From Leucoraja ocellata (Eukaryota): a DNA stretch of 64,000 bases. The stretch spans positions 682,001 through 746,000 of the forward strand of contig JAWMAR010000545.1 in assembly GCA_036785375.1 (NCBI GenBank), read 5' to 3'. The position numbers and the translations under genes were made by a program. Positions within the stretch are counted from its first letter, which is position 1. The number at the start of each line of letters is the position of its first letter. The notes beneath the pieces were generated by a model. The model saw only the letters and a list, made by a program, of their open reading frames with translations. It searched no databases and was not told where the DNA came from. Positions 12,930 through 24,266 of the stretch are shown here, in pieces.

Positions 12930-14030
12930 CCTTGGAGAATGCATTAGATGCACGACAAAGACATTGCAATACACCAAGGAGCGAAAAAGTTGACAGTTAC
13001 CGGTTCTTTACGCAGATGCAGGAGCAGGGGGAAAAAAAAACTTTTGATACTTTCCTGACAGAGCTTTTAGCCAATAATCACCGTTTTGCAGGTTTGAAAG
13101 ACTCACTCATTAGCGATAGGGTTATTTGTGAAATCCAAGAGACCAACTTGTGGAGGCAGCCACTAAGAGAGACAGAGTTAACTCTGCAAGAGTGTATATG
13201 CACTTGCCGAGCTTCCGAGCTATTCGGCACCGACAGAAATGTGGGGCAGACATTGCAGAGGGTGAAAATGACCAAAAGTGAATACTCACGAGATAAATCT
13301 ACTTCACAACATTAAAGCCTGGACATCTAGTGTTATTTCGATTTGACCTGGGAGCAAAATGTGATGTTCTACTGGAGCCAACCATCATTCTCCTTGTGAT
13401 GCTGTTAAATTTTTTGTCAATGTGCAAGGTGCGGGAGAGTGGCACAGGGGTAGAGTTGCGGCCTTACAGTGCCAAGGATCCAGGTTCGATCCTGACTATG
13501 GGTGCTGTCTGTATGGAGTTTATAGGTTCTCCCTGTGATCACATGGGTTTTCTCTGGGTGCTCCAATTTCCTCCCACATTCCAAAGACGTTAAGGTTTGT
13601 AGGTTAATTTGCCTCTATAAATTGCCATTAGCGTGTAGGATAGAACAACTGCGAATGGGTGACTCAGTGGGCTGAAGGTCCTGTTTCCACCATGTGTCTC
13701 TAAGGTAAACTAAACTAGTTAGACTAAAGGGTGTTTGTTTGGATGGATTTCGTCATGTAGACATCGATGAGGAGAGACATCTATGTTAGAGAAGACCACC
13801 ATTTGCAATCTAGACCAAAGATCATGTGCAGAAAAGAAACTTGTAATTCTGTAAAAAGGAACCACCCATTGGAAATACTTCATTCTCATTGAGTCCCAGA
13901 TGACCTCTGGGCAAAAGTCAGATCTAAAGAAGGAACATATCTGGTGATACCTTATTATTCTTCAAATTGTTCCAAGATAGACCGTGTAGAGAACAATCAC
14001 TCACTGATGGCCTTTTGCAAGTCCAAAGGA
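12930..14030 (+). mobile_element. Highly degraded Ty3/Gypsy gag-pol relic interrupted by a SINE
   Basis: ORF 12932-13315 YRFFTQMQ..TFDTFLTEL..LKDSLISDRVIC..RETELTLQECICTCRASE is Gypsy gag-like. FRFDLGAKCDVL (~13335) is protease-like; DGFRHVDIDEE (~13742) is RT-like; VENNHSLMAFCK (~13986) resembles the RNase H TDH motif. Confidence 0.65.
13440..13716 (+). mobile_element. HE1-type V-SINE
   Basis: gtagagttgcggccttacagtgcca..ggttcgatcctgac (B box), V-domain gggttttctctgggtgctcc, tail ctaaactaaac. Confidence 0.85.
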
Positions 14031-14209
14031 TATGGCTTTGCCCATCAGTTGTTCGGCTATCATGTCCTATCGGTCCTAGGAAAGTTACCTGAATTACCCA
14101 GTGATCGAAGTACCGACCCATTATCTGAAGCAGCACCTCAAAGGAAACCATATCTAGCCAAAAGTTGTTTCCAACAACAGGAAGGATTCTAGAAAGAAAA
14201 GCAAAAACC

Positions 14210-14320
14210 AATGTAGGGAAATGGGCAAACTCCACGGACAGCACCCAAAGTCAGAATGCAACATGAGTCTCTGGCGCTGTGAGGAGGCAGCAGCTCTACC
14301 AACTACACCGCGGTGTTGCC
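14210..14320 (-). mobile_element. HE1-type SINE 5' fragment
   Basis: Minus strand ggtgtagttggtagagctgctgcctc...cagcgccagagac...gggtgctgtccgtggagtttg. Confidence 0.7.
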
Positions 14321-14369
14321 TTACCGTAGGGTCATGGGTTTGTGCCAAACTGCCTATTTGAGCACACAA

Positions 14370-14515
14370 TCCAGCTGACCCTGTAGTACAAACCCTGAGG
14401 AGTGCTGCACTTTCAGAAGTGCTGGCCTAGCCGCATTCTGAGTGTGCTCCAGTCCGTAGTGAAAGATCATATGGAGCACAGGAAGGAAATCTCCTGGTGG
14501 CTAATCAACTATTAA
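14370..14515 (+). mobile_element. Deu-domain SINE relic (AmnSINE/SacSINE-like)
   Basis: ctgaggagtgctgcactttcagaagtgc...gtgaaagatc...tctcctggtgg resembles the Deu-domain consensus as recalled. Confidence 0.5.
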
Positions 14516-15122
14516 AATATCAGTCAAGTGCACCACCAGAAGATGCTGAGAAGTGAGGTAGTTGGATTAGTTACGTACGAGTAGGTCATTAATTAGATTG
14601 GGCTTCAGCATGGAAGGACGTCTTGTGCTCAGCTCCTCCAGTGAATACCAAGTTTGCTCCCATATATGTTGGCATCTCTCTCTAGGAAAGGCAGGATATT
14701 TCTACTGGGTCACTGGGACTGCAGGAGAGTCACGGCTGTTGTAAGTGGAATGCACAAAAGCCATGCCTGTCGTCACACTCAATTACTATGAGCTTTGGGT
14801 GTAAGTTTTTAATCAAATTTTAGAATGTAGACCAAATCTGTGATCCAGAAACTTGCACTCCACACAGTCAAATCTGTTGCTTGAAATCACAGAGGGAACG
14901 TTAATGGGATTGTGGTGGTGGTCCATGGTGATTTCTGTCATCTCACCGTTTTGTATAATTTATTGGTTTTCTAGTGTTATTTTCATTAAGTCCAGACCAA
15001 ATGGACAGTGTGAGTCAGCCTGCTGTAAATCTACCTAGGTTGGTGAATGGAAGGACAATGGTGTGGTGTGGTGCGTTTTGGTTGAGTTTTTAAAAATATA
15101 ACCAATCAGTATTACTGTTCTA

Positions 15123-15720
15123 GGTGCGGCAAGGTGGCACAGCAGTAGAGTTTATACCTTACAGCGCTGGATGCCCGGGTTCAATCCTGACTAGGAGTGC
15201 TGTCTGTACGGAGTTTGCACGTTCTCCGAGAGCTCCCACACTCCAAAGACATACAAGTTTGTAGGCTAATTGGCTTGATAAAGTTGTAAATTGTCGCTAG
15301 TGTGTGTAGGATAGCGTTAAGGGCCTGTCGCACTGTACGAGGTAATTCAAGAGCTCTCCCGAGTTTTAAAAAATCGAACTCGTGGTAAGCACGTAAGAAT
15401 GTACGCAGCGGGTACGTCGGAGCTCGGGACGTCTCTTAGCGGCTCGTAACGCTAACGGAAGGTACTCGGGAAATGCGGTAAGCTCGTGAAGACTCGTGAA
15501 GATTTTTCAACTTGTTGAAAGATGTCCATGAAAGCCCCCCCCGAGTACCTACGAGCGGCTATTACTGTAATTCTCTGAGTTTGAATCAGGGGAAACTCGG
15601 GAGAACTTGAATTAGCTCGTACAGTGGGACAGCCCCATTAGTGTGCAGTGATTGCTGGTCGGCGCGGACTCGCCGGGATGAATGGCCTATTACCGCGCTG
15701 TATCTCTGAACTAACGTAAA
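15123..15720 (+). mobile_element. HE1-type V-SINE carrying a MITE insertion
   Basis: Head 15123-15195; body resumes after the MITE at ttagtgtgcag...ggcgcggactcg...gcctattaccgcgctgtatctctgaactaa. Confidence 0.85.
15320..15637. mobile_element. PIF/Harbinger-type MITE, type B
   Basis: TIRs agggcctgtcgcactgtacgaggtaattcaag / cttgaattagctcgtacagtgggacagcccca; TTA TSD at 15317-15319 and 15638-15640. Confidence 0.85.
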
Positions 15721-16641
15721 GTAAAAAGAAGACTGGCAGGTGATAAATTCCAGCATGAGGACAAACATGGGGCACAATTCACCAAAGGAGCTATTCAATC
15801 CTTAAAATTCCCCAAACCACAGTCCGTCTACTGTATAATCTGGGAAATTTAGCTGGCAAGTGATTTGTCTACAAACAACTTACCATTTTCCTCAGAGGCG
15901 GAGTAGAGAGTGTTTGGGAATTGTGCAATAACTTTGCAGTTCCCTTTCAATGCTTCCAGGTGCTCAGGTGGGCATGCGGGCTTAATGGCTTCTAAATAAA
16001 AACCTATTGCCTATGCCATCAGTTTGTTTGTTCAATGTAATATTTCCATCATGAGTTTGCAAGCAGAGTGTAGATGAAGAAATTGTGTTGGCTAATTGAG
16101 ATTAACATATGCCTTTCATCGGAAAGAGTTGTTACTGTATGTGTTTAATGAGACCCAATCCCATTCACCACTTGAGAAAAATGAATGGGGTGAAAATTGC
16201 ACTCTTCATCCGTTTGTGATTGAACTTTGTTATGGCATGGGAGCTCGATTTGTATAAGGCAGCACTTGTCAACGGCAGCACAAATATCCGTTGAATTGAT
16301 CAAACCTCTTGCATAATCTATTGAGACAGCATCGCACAAGTATCAACAATAGTGTCATCATCACCCCTTCATCTCCAATCTGCATCGATGTCCCTACTTT
16401 GATCAAATTATCCCTATGGGAGTTTTTAAATAATTAGAAGTGAAACCTGATTTGCCTTGAAATTGCCAGTTGGTCCTGTAAAGTGCGTTCTTTAGTATTC
16501 TGCAGGTGAACAATACGCATTGGGAAATGTCAAGGATTGAAAGGCAGCGTGTTAAGGTGAGGGGCAAAGTTTCTCTACATCAGATAGTGGTGGGTGGCAA
16601 CATGCAGCCAGAGGAACTGGTGGAGGCAGATATGATAATTG

Positions 16642-16859
16642 TGTAGCACCACCTGCTGGTGCTCGCAGGTAGTCGAACCCTGCGGTCGGGTGACTCTGGG
16701 GAGGGGTTGTGTTTCGCGAGCTTTCTGGGCGCTGCCCCTTCAGTCACTCTGGACCACCGTTGTTGTCTGGGTCTGTTTATTGGTTGTGTTGAGATACTTC
16801 GTTAGTTTGTTTTGCTAATAAACTCGTTTGAACAATCGACTCTCGTCTCATCCGCCAAA
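16642..16859 (+). repeat. 5' LTR
   Basis: tgtagc...aataaa...catccgccaaa; direct repeat of 18308-18541. Confidence 0.9.
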
Positions 16860-16860
16860 T

Positions 16861-16874
16861 TGGTGACCCCGACG
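16861..16874 (+). promoter_or_regulatory. Primer binding site complementary to the tRNA-Trp 3' end
   Basis: tggtgaccccgacg is the reverse complement of CGUCGGGGUCACCA, the vertebrate tRNA-Trp(CCA) 3' end. Confidence 0.8.
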
Positions 16875-16879
16875 CGTCC

Positions 16880-17725
16880 ATGCGGAGATTGGACGACTGC
16901 ATGCGGGTTAATTACCTTCCCGCTGCCGCTCCCAACGCCCATCAAAACGCAGTCAAACTCAAACTGCCCATGTTTTGGCCCGATCGACCTCAGGTGTGGT
17001 TCGCCCATGTTGAGGCACAGTTTCATCCGCACCACATTGTTGCGGACGAGACAAGATACTTCCACGTGGTGGGAGCTCTGCTGCAGGAGTCAGCCTCCCT
17101 TCTACTGCCTTATCTTCGGGACCCATCTGCAACCGGTAAGTACGACGGCTTCAAGGCCCTCCTTTTGCACACCTTATGGTGCCGCTGGGACCGTGCTGCC
17201 CGCATCCTTCACATGGATGGTTTGGGAGATCGGCGGCTGTCCGTCCTCATGGCCAGGATGCTCGCGTTCATGGATGGCCACCGTCCATGCCTGTTGTTTG
17301 AACAGGGGTTTCTGAAGCCGATGCCCGACGATATCCGTCTAATGCTCGCCGGCGCGGTCTTCAACGATCCCCAGCGAGCTGATGAGCTCTGGATGACTCG
17401 GCATCAGGCCATCTGCGCCATTGACCACGTGCCCGCACCAACGCGCCTTTCACCTCGGCTACTCCACGAGGAGGGCACGCCATCGTCGTCCATCGAAGAA
17501 CCACAGCAGCGTCCCGAGACTCGCGGTAGGCACCGTTGGTGTTACTATCACCTCCGCTTTGGCGCGAGGCTCGACGCTGACACCATCCCTGCGCGTTTCA
17601 GGGAAATGCCTCAGCCAATCGTCTGTATAGACCCCGCCATTCCATCCGTTTCGGCTCTCGACCACAACGTCGACTACGGCGAGCTGGCAGCAGCGCAGCA
17701 GGCTGATGCCATTATGGCGGACTAA
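16880..17725 (+). pseudogene. Gypsy gag fused by deletion to the pol RNaseH-integrase linker
   Basis: AVKLKLPMFWPDRPQVWFAHVEAQF...WCYYHLRFG. A frameshift follows (shifted frame reads EARR*HHPCAFQGNASANRL), then DYGELAAAQQAD from pol. Confidence 0.85.
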
Positions 17726-17758
17726 CGCACCACCGGGACTGGCGGTGCGGCCGGTGTC

Positions 17759-18135
17759 ATGGTCCTGTGCAACATCTCCACAGGACACGCCCGTCCGGTC
17801 ATTCCTGTTAGTTGGAGATGGCGGGTTTTCGACACGGTCCATGGCCTGGCCCACCCGTCCATACGTGCGACGTCCACCCTGTTGGCTGCCAAGTTCGTCT
17901 GGCACGGTCTCTGTAAGCAGGTGGCTGCCTGGGCCCGCGCCTGTATTCCGTGTCAGACCTCCAAGGTCCAGCGACACGTACGGCCTCCGGTGCAGGATTT
18001 CGCTGTCCCCGAGGGCAGGTCCCTGCATGTGCATGTGGACCTCATGGGTCCCTTGCCACATTCCCAAGGTGCCACACACCTGCTCACCATCGTGGACCGT
18101 TTCACGAGGTGGCCGGAGGCGATTCCACTTTCGCC
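17759..18135 (+). pseudogene. Gypsy integrase N-terminus (HHCC zinc finger and start of DDE core), truncated
   Basis: VHGLAHP..ACIPCQTSK..HVHVDLMGPLP..LLTIVDRFTRWPEAIPL; the rest of the core is absent. Confidence 0.88.
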
Positions 18136-18307
18136 CGCACTGAGTACACCTGTTTCCAGCTTTGTTCCGCCGGCCCCAATTGTTACGACCGACCCTGTTT
18201 TGCCGGCCCCTACTGTTACGCCCGTCCCGCCTTCAAGAACCACGCGTTCCGGAAATATCATCCGGGTCCCTGCTCGGTTCCGTAACTCTGGTTCTGGGGG
18301 GGGGCCC

Positions 18308-18541
18308 TGTAGCGGCACCTGCTGGGGCTCGCAGGTAGTCGAACCCTGCGGTCGGGTGCGTCGGACATGTGACTCTAGGGAGGGGTTGTGTTTTGTGCGC
18401 TTTCTGGGCAATGCCCCTTCAGTTGCTCTGGACCACCGTTGTGGCTGGATCTGTTTATTGGTTGTGTTGAGATACTTCGTCAGTTTACTTGTTTTGCTAA
18501 TAAATTCATTTGAACAATCGACTCTCGTCTCATCCGCCAAA
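18308..18541 (+). repeat. 3' LTR preceded by a G-run polypurine tract
   Basis: G-run at 18296-18304, then ccc and tgtagc...catccgccaaa. Confidence 0.9.
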
Positions 18542-18767
18542 GTAGCATTTAAAAGGACAGGCATATGGGCGTGCAGGGAGTTGAGTGATATGGACCATGT
18601 GCATGCAGAGGAGATTAGTTTAATTTGGCCTCTTGTTCGGCAAGAATATTGTAGGATGAAGAGCATGCTCCTGTACTGTCCTGCTCTGGGTTCCATGTTC
18701 TATTTCCGCCAACATGTCATGTTTAAAGTTTTCGACTGCAGACTTTGCCATGATAGACGTAGCAATA

Positions 18768-18994
18768 GAGAGACACAAAAAGCTGCAGTAACTTAGCAGG
18801 ACAGGCAGCATCTCTGGAAAGAAGGAACAGGGTGATGTTTCGGGTCGAGACTCTTCTTAGGGTCTGAAGAAGGGTCTCGAACTGAAATGTCGCCCATTCC
18901 TTCTCTCCAGAGATGCTGTGTGTCCCGCTGAGTTAGTCCAGGTTTTTGTGTCTTCCTTCGGTTAAAACCAGCATCTGCAGTTCCTTCCTACACC
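18768..18994. mobile_element. Palindromic Penelope-derived hammerhead element
   Basis: Inverted arms around gggtctgaagaagggtctcgaactgaaatgtc; TSD cgtagcaata at 18758-18767 and 18999-19008. Confidence 0.85.
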
Positions 18995-19070
18995 TAACCG
19001 TAGCAATATTGACAATGCAGAACAAGGCATAGTAATGTTGAGGGACTTATCTATTTATTTCAAAGTGCTG

Positions 19071-19367
19071 GGTGACACAGTGGTGCAGCAGTAAAGTTGC
19101 TGTCTGAAAGCGCCAGAGATCCGGGTTCGGTCCTGACTTTGGGTGGCATCTGTATGGAATCTCCCCGTGACCTGAGTGGGTTTGTAAAAGGCAGCAGTTG
19201 TCCGTGGCAGCACAAATATCCATTGAATTGATCCACACTCTAAAGACATATAGGTTTATCCCCAGTGTGTGTAGGATAACTTCAGTGTGCAGGGATCGCT
19301 GGTCGGCGCGGACTCGGTGGGCCGAAGGGCCTGTTTCAGCACCGTATCTCTGAACTAAACTAAACTG
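19071..19367 (+). mobile_element. HE1-type V-SINE with a foreign 53-bp insert
   Basis: Normal head and tail; V-domain core replaced by a copy of 16249-16301. Confidence 0.85.
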
Positions 19368-19399
19368 AATTTAACCGTAAGATTGCTGTCTAAGTAAAG

Positions 19400-19730
19400 C
19401 TCATCAGCTGCCTGCATGCCAGGGGTCATACAGTCCGCCAGGTTTATATCTGCACTACAGGGACGAGGTGATGCCTTTTGATGTTTCATTCAGTGAACAG
19501 ACAACCTTCTGACTCAAGGCTCCACCCAGAGACCAGGTCCAACATTTAAACTGATATTTGAGGTGGTGCTGCACATCATAAGCTTTGAACCTTTGAAATA
19601 AACATCAGCCTTCCTTGGTACTGGTGAGGATCTCCTGTAGTATTTAAAGAAAAGCAAAGATTTCTTCCTTGATGTCCTGGACAATACTTCTCTCCCAACT
19701 GATAGTAAAAGAAACAGATGTGTCAACGAC
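19400..19730 (+). mobile_element. Deu-domain SINE relic
   Basis: ggtgaggatctcctgtagtatttaaagaaaagca...gatgtcctggacaata resembles the Deu domain. Confidence 0.4.
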
Positions 19731-20214
19731 ATGATACTTTTTCCAGTGTTATGCAATTGAAAAACTTTTTTTTTTTCAGAAACATAATGAAATGATGATC
19801 ATTTCCAGGTGATATTTTGCTTCTCTGGAAAATTGATCACAGTTTTCTTGGTGCGTATTACTTGTGCTATCCCTGGCATTTTTGATCTGCAAAGGATGAT
19901 GTTACTTTCTATGCAACCCTTCTTCTGGAATAGAGTGGAGTAGGTTGGAGCATGTTGCCCTGTTGGTACATGTCATTGTGTAGTCATGGTACTACAAGGG
20001 TAGTATAGTGCTGGATTGTTATGCCAGGCTGGTACGAAAATCACTTATACAAAGACTTCACATCTCTCATCCCAGACCATGTAAAGCCTCTCTTCACATC
20101 CTCTAATCTTCAAAGCGCTGGAGGAACTCAGTCGGTCTGGAGAGGGAATGTACAGGAAACATTTTGCGGTGGGTACCCTTCTTCAGACCCAAGGTGTCGT
20201 CTGTCCATGCCTTC

Positions 20215-20816
20215 TGCCGTTGTACAGGGCCCTGGTGAGACCACACCTGGAATATTGTGTGCAGTTTTGGGGAAGTCTCCTAATTTGGGGAAGGACATTC
20301 TTGCTATTGAGGGAATGCAGCGTATTCACCTGGTTAATTCCCAGGATGGCGGAACTGACATATGATGAAAGAATGGAGCGACTGGCCTTATATTCGCTGG
20401 AATTTAGAAGGATGAGAGGGGATCTTATAGAAACATATAACATTCTTAAGGGATTGGACAGGCTAGATGCAGGAAAATGTTCCCAATTTAGGGGGACTCC
20501 AGAACCAGGGGGTCACAGTTTAAGAATAAGGTGTGGACCATTTAGGACTGAGATGAGGAAAAACATTTTCACCCAGAGAGTTGTAAATCTGTGGAATTTT
20601 CTGCTACAGAACACAGTGGAGGCCAATTCACTGGATATAGGTATTCAAGAGAGAGTTAGATCTAGCTCTTAGGACTAATGGAATCAAGGGATATGGGGAG
20701 AAAGCAGGAACAGGGTAGTGATTTTGGATGCTCAGCCATGATCATACTGAATGGCAGTATGGCTTGAAGGGCCGAATGGCCTATTCCTGCACCTATTTTC
20801 GATGTTTCTATGTTTC
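20215..20816 (+). mobile_element. CR1 LINE 3' end, inserted inside a Penelope-derived element
   Basis: ORF 20148-20672 LYRALVRPHLEYCVQFW..LYSLEFRRMRGDLIETY..FTQRVVNLWN; ends (tttctatg)n. Penelope-type arms at ~20112-20214 and 20817-20900. Confidence 0.9.
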
Positions 20817-21286
20817 TCTAGCTGCTGCCTGACCTGCTGAGTTCCTCCTGCACTTTGTGTTTTGCTCACAATTCCAGCATCTTCACTTACTTCTGTCTCT
20901 AATCTTGTTTCCTCCCCATCTATTGATCTTATTTTAAAGATTTCCCCTCATTCACCCCAGCCATCCCCGCCATTGCAAATCTTCATCGCTGATCTTCCTG
21001 ACCCAACTCAACAAATATCCTTTCCGTTTGTTATCCTCCCAGGCCACATGCTGGTTCTGATCTCCAAGCAGCACTGCACCCCCACTCCCTGTGCCGACTC
21101 CCCTACAGGTCATCCTGAACCTGGTCACTGGTCAATAGGTTCTCAATGCTGAAACATGCTCACTCTATCAATATCCATGGTCGTTGATGCACAACTACTC
21201 CACCCACATCTCCGAGGGTGGTCACCTTGTCACGGTGGAGAAACTTACATGTGTCTAAGATCCTGGGAGGTAAACCGCCTGGAGCT

Positions 21287-21495
21287 CACAATGGGTGCTG
21301 TCTGCACAGAGTTTGTACAACTCCCCGTGACCATGTGGATTTTTCTCTGGGTGCTCCGGTTTCCTCCCACTCTCCAAAGATGTACAGGGTTGGCACAAAT
21401 AGTAATTCATCCCTAGTGTGCAGGATAGTTTTAGTGTATAGGGTGATCACTGGTCGGCGTGCATTTCTGAGCTAAACTAAATTATAGCAAAACTA
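21287..21495 (+). mobile_element. 5'-truncated HE1-type SINE with TSD
   Basis: V-domain and tail present; flanked by cctggagct (21278-21286, 21496-21504). Confidence 0.8.
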
Positions 21496-21688
21496 CCTGG
21501 AGCTAAACTCCAGGCAGGGTCACCATGGTGGGCAGTTCAAGAGGGAGGTTTCTGACAAAGCATGACCCAAGTAGAAGACATCGATGGTGAAACAGGGAGA
21601 GGATGGTGGCTGACCCATCAATGGAGTTTCACAATGTCTGAGGAGGTGGACGAAGACTGCAATGGGGTGGGAATAGACTGCAGCCATT

Positions 21689-21967
21689 TTTCTTTAAACC
21701 AAAAATAGATTTATTCAAGTATTTACAAAACTATTTACAATACGTCATTATTCAAAACTAACCCACCACCATAGGACAAATGGTACAAATATTCATAAAT
21801 AATTCTTTCGCAATTCTTATTGAGGATTCATTTCACCTCCTGTGGTGTCCAGCAGTCCTGGAAATCCCCACACGATGCCCGTGGACAGCGCAAAGTCCCT
21901 CTCCAAAACCACCCGGGGCTCGGACGTAACCGCAGAAAAGGGGAAGGCAGCCAGCTCGGGCAGAGCC
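21689..21967 (-). mobile_element. Tx1/L1-group LINE 3' end
   Basis: Minus strand reads RAGCLPLFCGYVR/ARVVLERDFALSTG..., then an AT-rich UTR with aataaa and an A-rich end. TSD atagactgcagccatt (21673-21688) / atagactgtaaccatt (21968-21983). Confidence 0.65.
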
Positions 21968-23518
21968 ATAGACTGTAACCATTGTGAAGTCTACTCCATT
22001 GGACCTGTGCCTGTCGCTTTGGGCACCAGTCTCCTCACACTAAAAGACGTGATGCACAGGAGTCCACCTGGAGGAACGTAGCACAGACAGACCCACCAGG
22101 AGGACAATCATACTTGACTTTGTGTGGTCATTGTTGAATCTACCCATCTACTAAACCCACCAGTGTCCACTGGAAGTTCTGCGTCATTATTTGGTCATAA
22201 TCACTTTACCATTGTGGAACCTATTTTGTTCAAAAAGCTGGTGTTTCCCCCCCTATTAATAATCCAAAGCACTCTTGGGGATATTTTAAGATTTCAAAAG
22301 GATGCCATATATGGGAATTTTTTACATTTTATTTTCACAGATGAGTCATTTCAAAAAGCAGGAAAATGTTAAATATAACATTCAGGGGAGAAAGGATCCA
22401 TTTCCATACCGTATATGAAACTCGGTCAGAAATCTTCTTCAAAGTAATCCAAAGTGTTAACTTTCCGTATTAAAAGAAACATGCATGACAGTGGCTCATT
22501 TTCATTCGAGTTCCACATATGATATATGTTACTGAGTGAGTTTTCACATTAGAACCCACAAACAGCTTTGGGGTTAAAGGTTATCCGCTCAGTTGAGTTG
22601 GATACATTCTACTTTTCACAGATGCCATCATGAACCCTTTATTTACACATTCCTTGAACTTTTGCACTAGGATTTTGGCTTGATGTATCTGTTGCCAAGA
22701 TTCCGGCTCATTATGTTTGTGTTCGTAAAGTATCAGTACAGATTTGGGAAGAATGAGTGAACACTTTGGATGTGTGACTTGTTCCGTTAATCAGGAAGTA
22801 GTTTTATTTGTTGGAAATATTTTGCCCCTTACAATTTATATTGTTGCATGGGTCAACATTTTTCGTGTGCAATGTGCACGGAATTAATCAAACCTGATCG
22901 CAATGTAAATTCCAGTAGAACCGGAATTACTCAATAACGGTTGCTTCCAGCATAACTCCAACAGGGCCCGTCGTACAGGGTAGGACAACACTTGTGCTGT
23001 GTGCGAAGTGGAAAGCACAAGTCTGATTCCAGCAGAGGAGGATTCTGGAGTTCAGACTGACATGAAATGATGTGGAAATGTTTCAAGTCATGGTGAGTGC
23101 ATTTTCAATCGTGTAGAGCCGAAATAAATAGAATCAAGCAGCTACATGTCTAACCTTATGAATGAGGCCCCTGCTGTTATGTTCAGTTGGACTTCTGTCT
23201 TACCACCACAGGGACAGGTCTTACTCTCTTTCTGCCTCTCTATAAATACCAGAACTAATGCTTTTTCAGAATGAAAATTTGCTAAAAACAATTGTCTGGC
23301 GATTGTGCGGAATAAGTGATTTCGGCTGCTTAGCAGCTCAGGCCGGAGTTTGGTCAGGTTTGACTGCATACAGGGGTACCTGCTTCAACATCTAAAGAGG
23401 TTGGAAATGCAAAAATGTTGCCAGAAACATGGCGGTCTTGTGTATTGTCTCAGTGTACTCTTCCATTCGTATACACTTGTACTTAAATATGAGTGTGCTT
23501 ATGTATAGTGATACTACT

Positions 23519-24266
23519 AGGGGCGCCGGGGAGCTGGCAGCCCTGCCGGCAGTCTGTTAATTTTTTTCATCTTTTGTTATTTTTAGCGTTTGTTAAAAGT
23601 TTGTTTTAATGGAATTTGGTTTGTTTTATGTGGGGGGAGTGGGGAGGGGGTCGGGGGGGGAAACTTTTTTTCAAGCTCCTACCTTCCTGGAGATGTGATC
23701 AATTTTTCGGATAACATTCTCCGGGCTCTGCGGCCTACCATCGCTAGAGCTGGAGGCCTCGTCGGACTGTCGTGAGCCCCACCGCGGGGCGCGGACTTAA
23801 CATCGGAGCGGATTCCTTGACTGAGATCGCTCCCACCGCGGCCTGCGGACTTACCTTCAAGGGCTCGCAGTCTCGAGAGAGGCTGAGTCAGGAGCTCCAA
23901 CGCAGCAGAAGGTTTGATCAGCCCTACGCAAGGTTCGGTCGCCCGGCGCGGGGAAGTTGACATTCCTCTGATGCAGGAGCTGAACACCTCGATGCGGAGG
24001 GCCAAAACCCCGCCGGCTATGGGAGTCAAGATCGTCCTGTCAATGGAGGGCTTGAGGCCCCCGACCGAGGAAGAACAAAAGGAAGGACAAACTTTATTTT
24101 GCCTTCCATCACAGTGAGGAATGTGTAGGAGTCACTGTGGTGGATGTTCATGTTAAAATGTGTTTTTGAGTCTGATGCTTTTAATTGTATGACTGACCTG
24201 GCCAGTGAAATTCCTCGTATGATGCAAAACATACTTGGCGAATAAAATCTGAATCTGATTCTGATT
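23519..24266 (+). mobile_element. GC-rich non-autonomous retroelement with Rex1-type 3' tail
   Basis: CpG-rich body with no conserved ORF; ends gaaattcctcgt...gcgaataaaa followed by (tctgaa/tctgat)n. Confidence 0.6.

Larger units (their letters stand above)
16642..18541 (+). mobile_element. Internally deleted Ty3/Gypsy LTR retrotransposon
   Basis: Two ~220-235 bp LTRs, PBS, PPT, gag and partial integrase. Inserted in a CR1 3' remnant (16540-16641, resuming at 18542). Confidence 0.92.
21200..22110 (+). mobile_element. RTE-clade LINE 5' region relic interrupted by two insertions
   Basis: caccttgtcacggtggag...gcagggtcaccatgg...gacaaag resembles RTE/Expander 5' UTRs (recognised from memory). 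Confidence 0.45.

Noticed and set aside
17459-18696. Long antisense ORFs (206 and 247 aa)
   Set aside because: Shadows of GC-rich Gypsy coding and LTR sequence, with no recognisable motifs.
17759-18796. 345-aa ORF as a novel gene
   Set aside because: Only the N-terminal third is integrase-like. The rest reads through a deletion junction, the 3' LTR and a CR1 remnant, so it is a chance open frame in GC-rich DNA.
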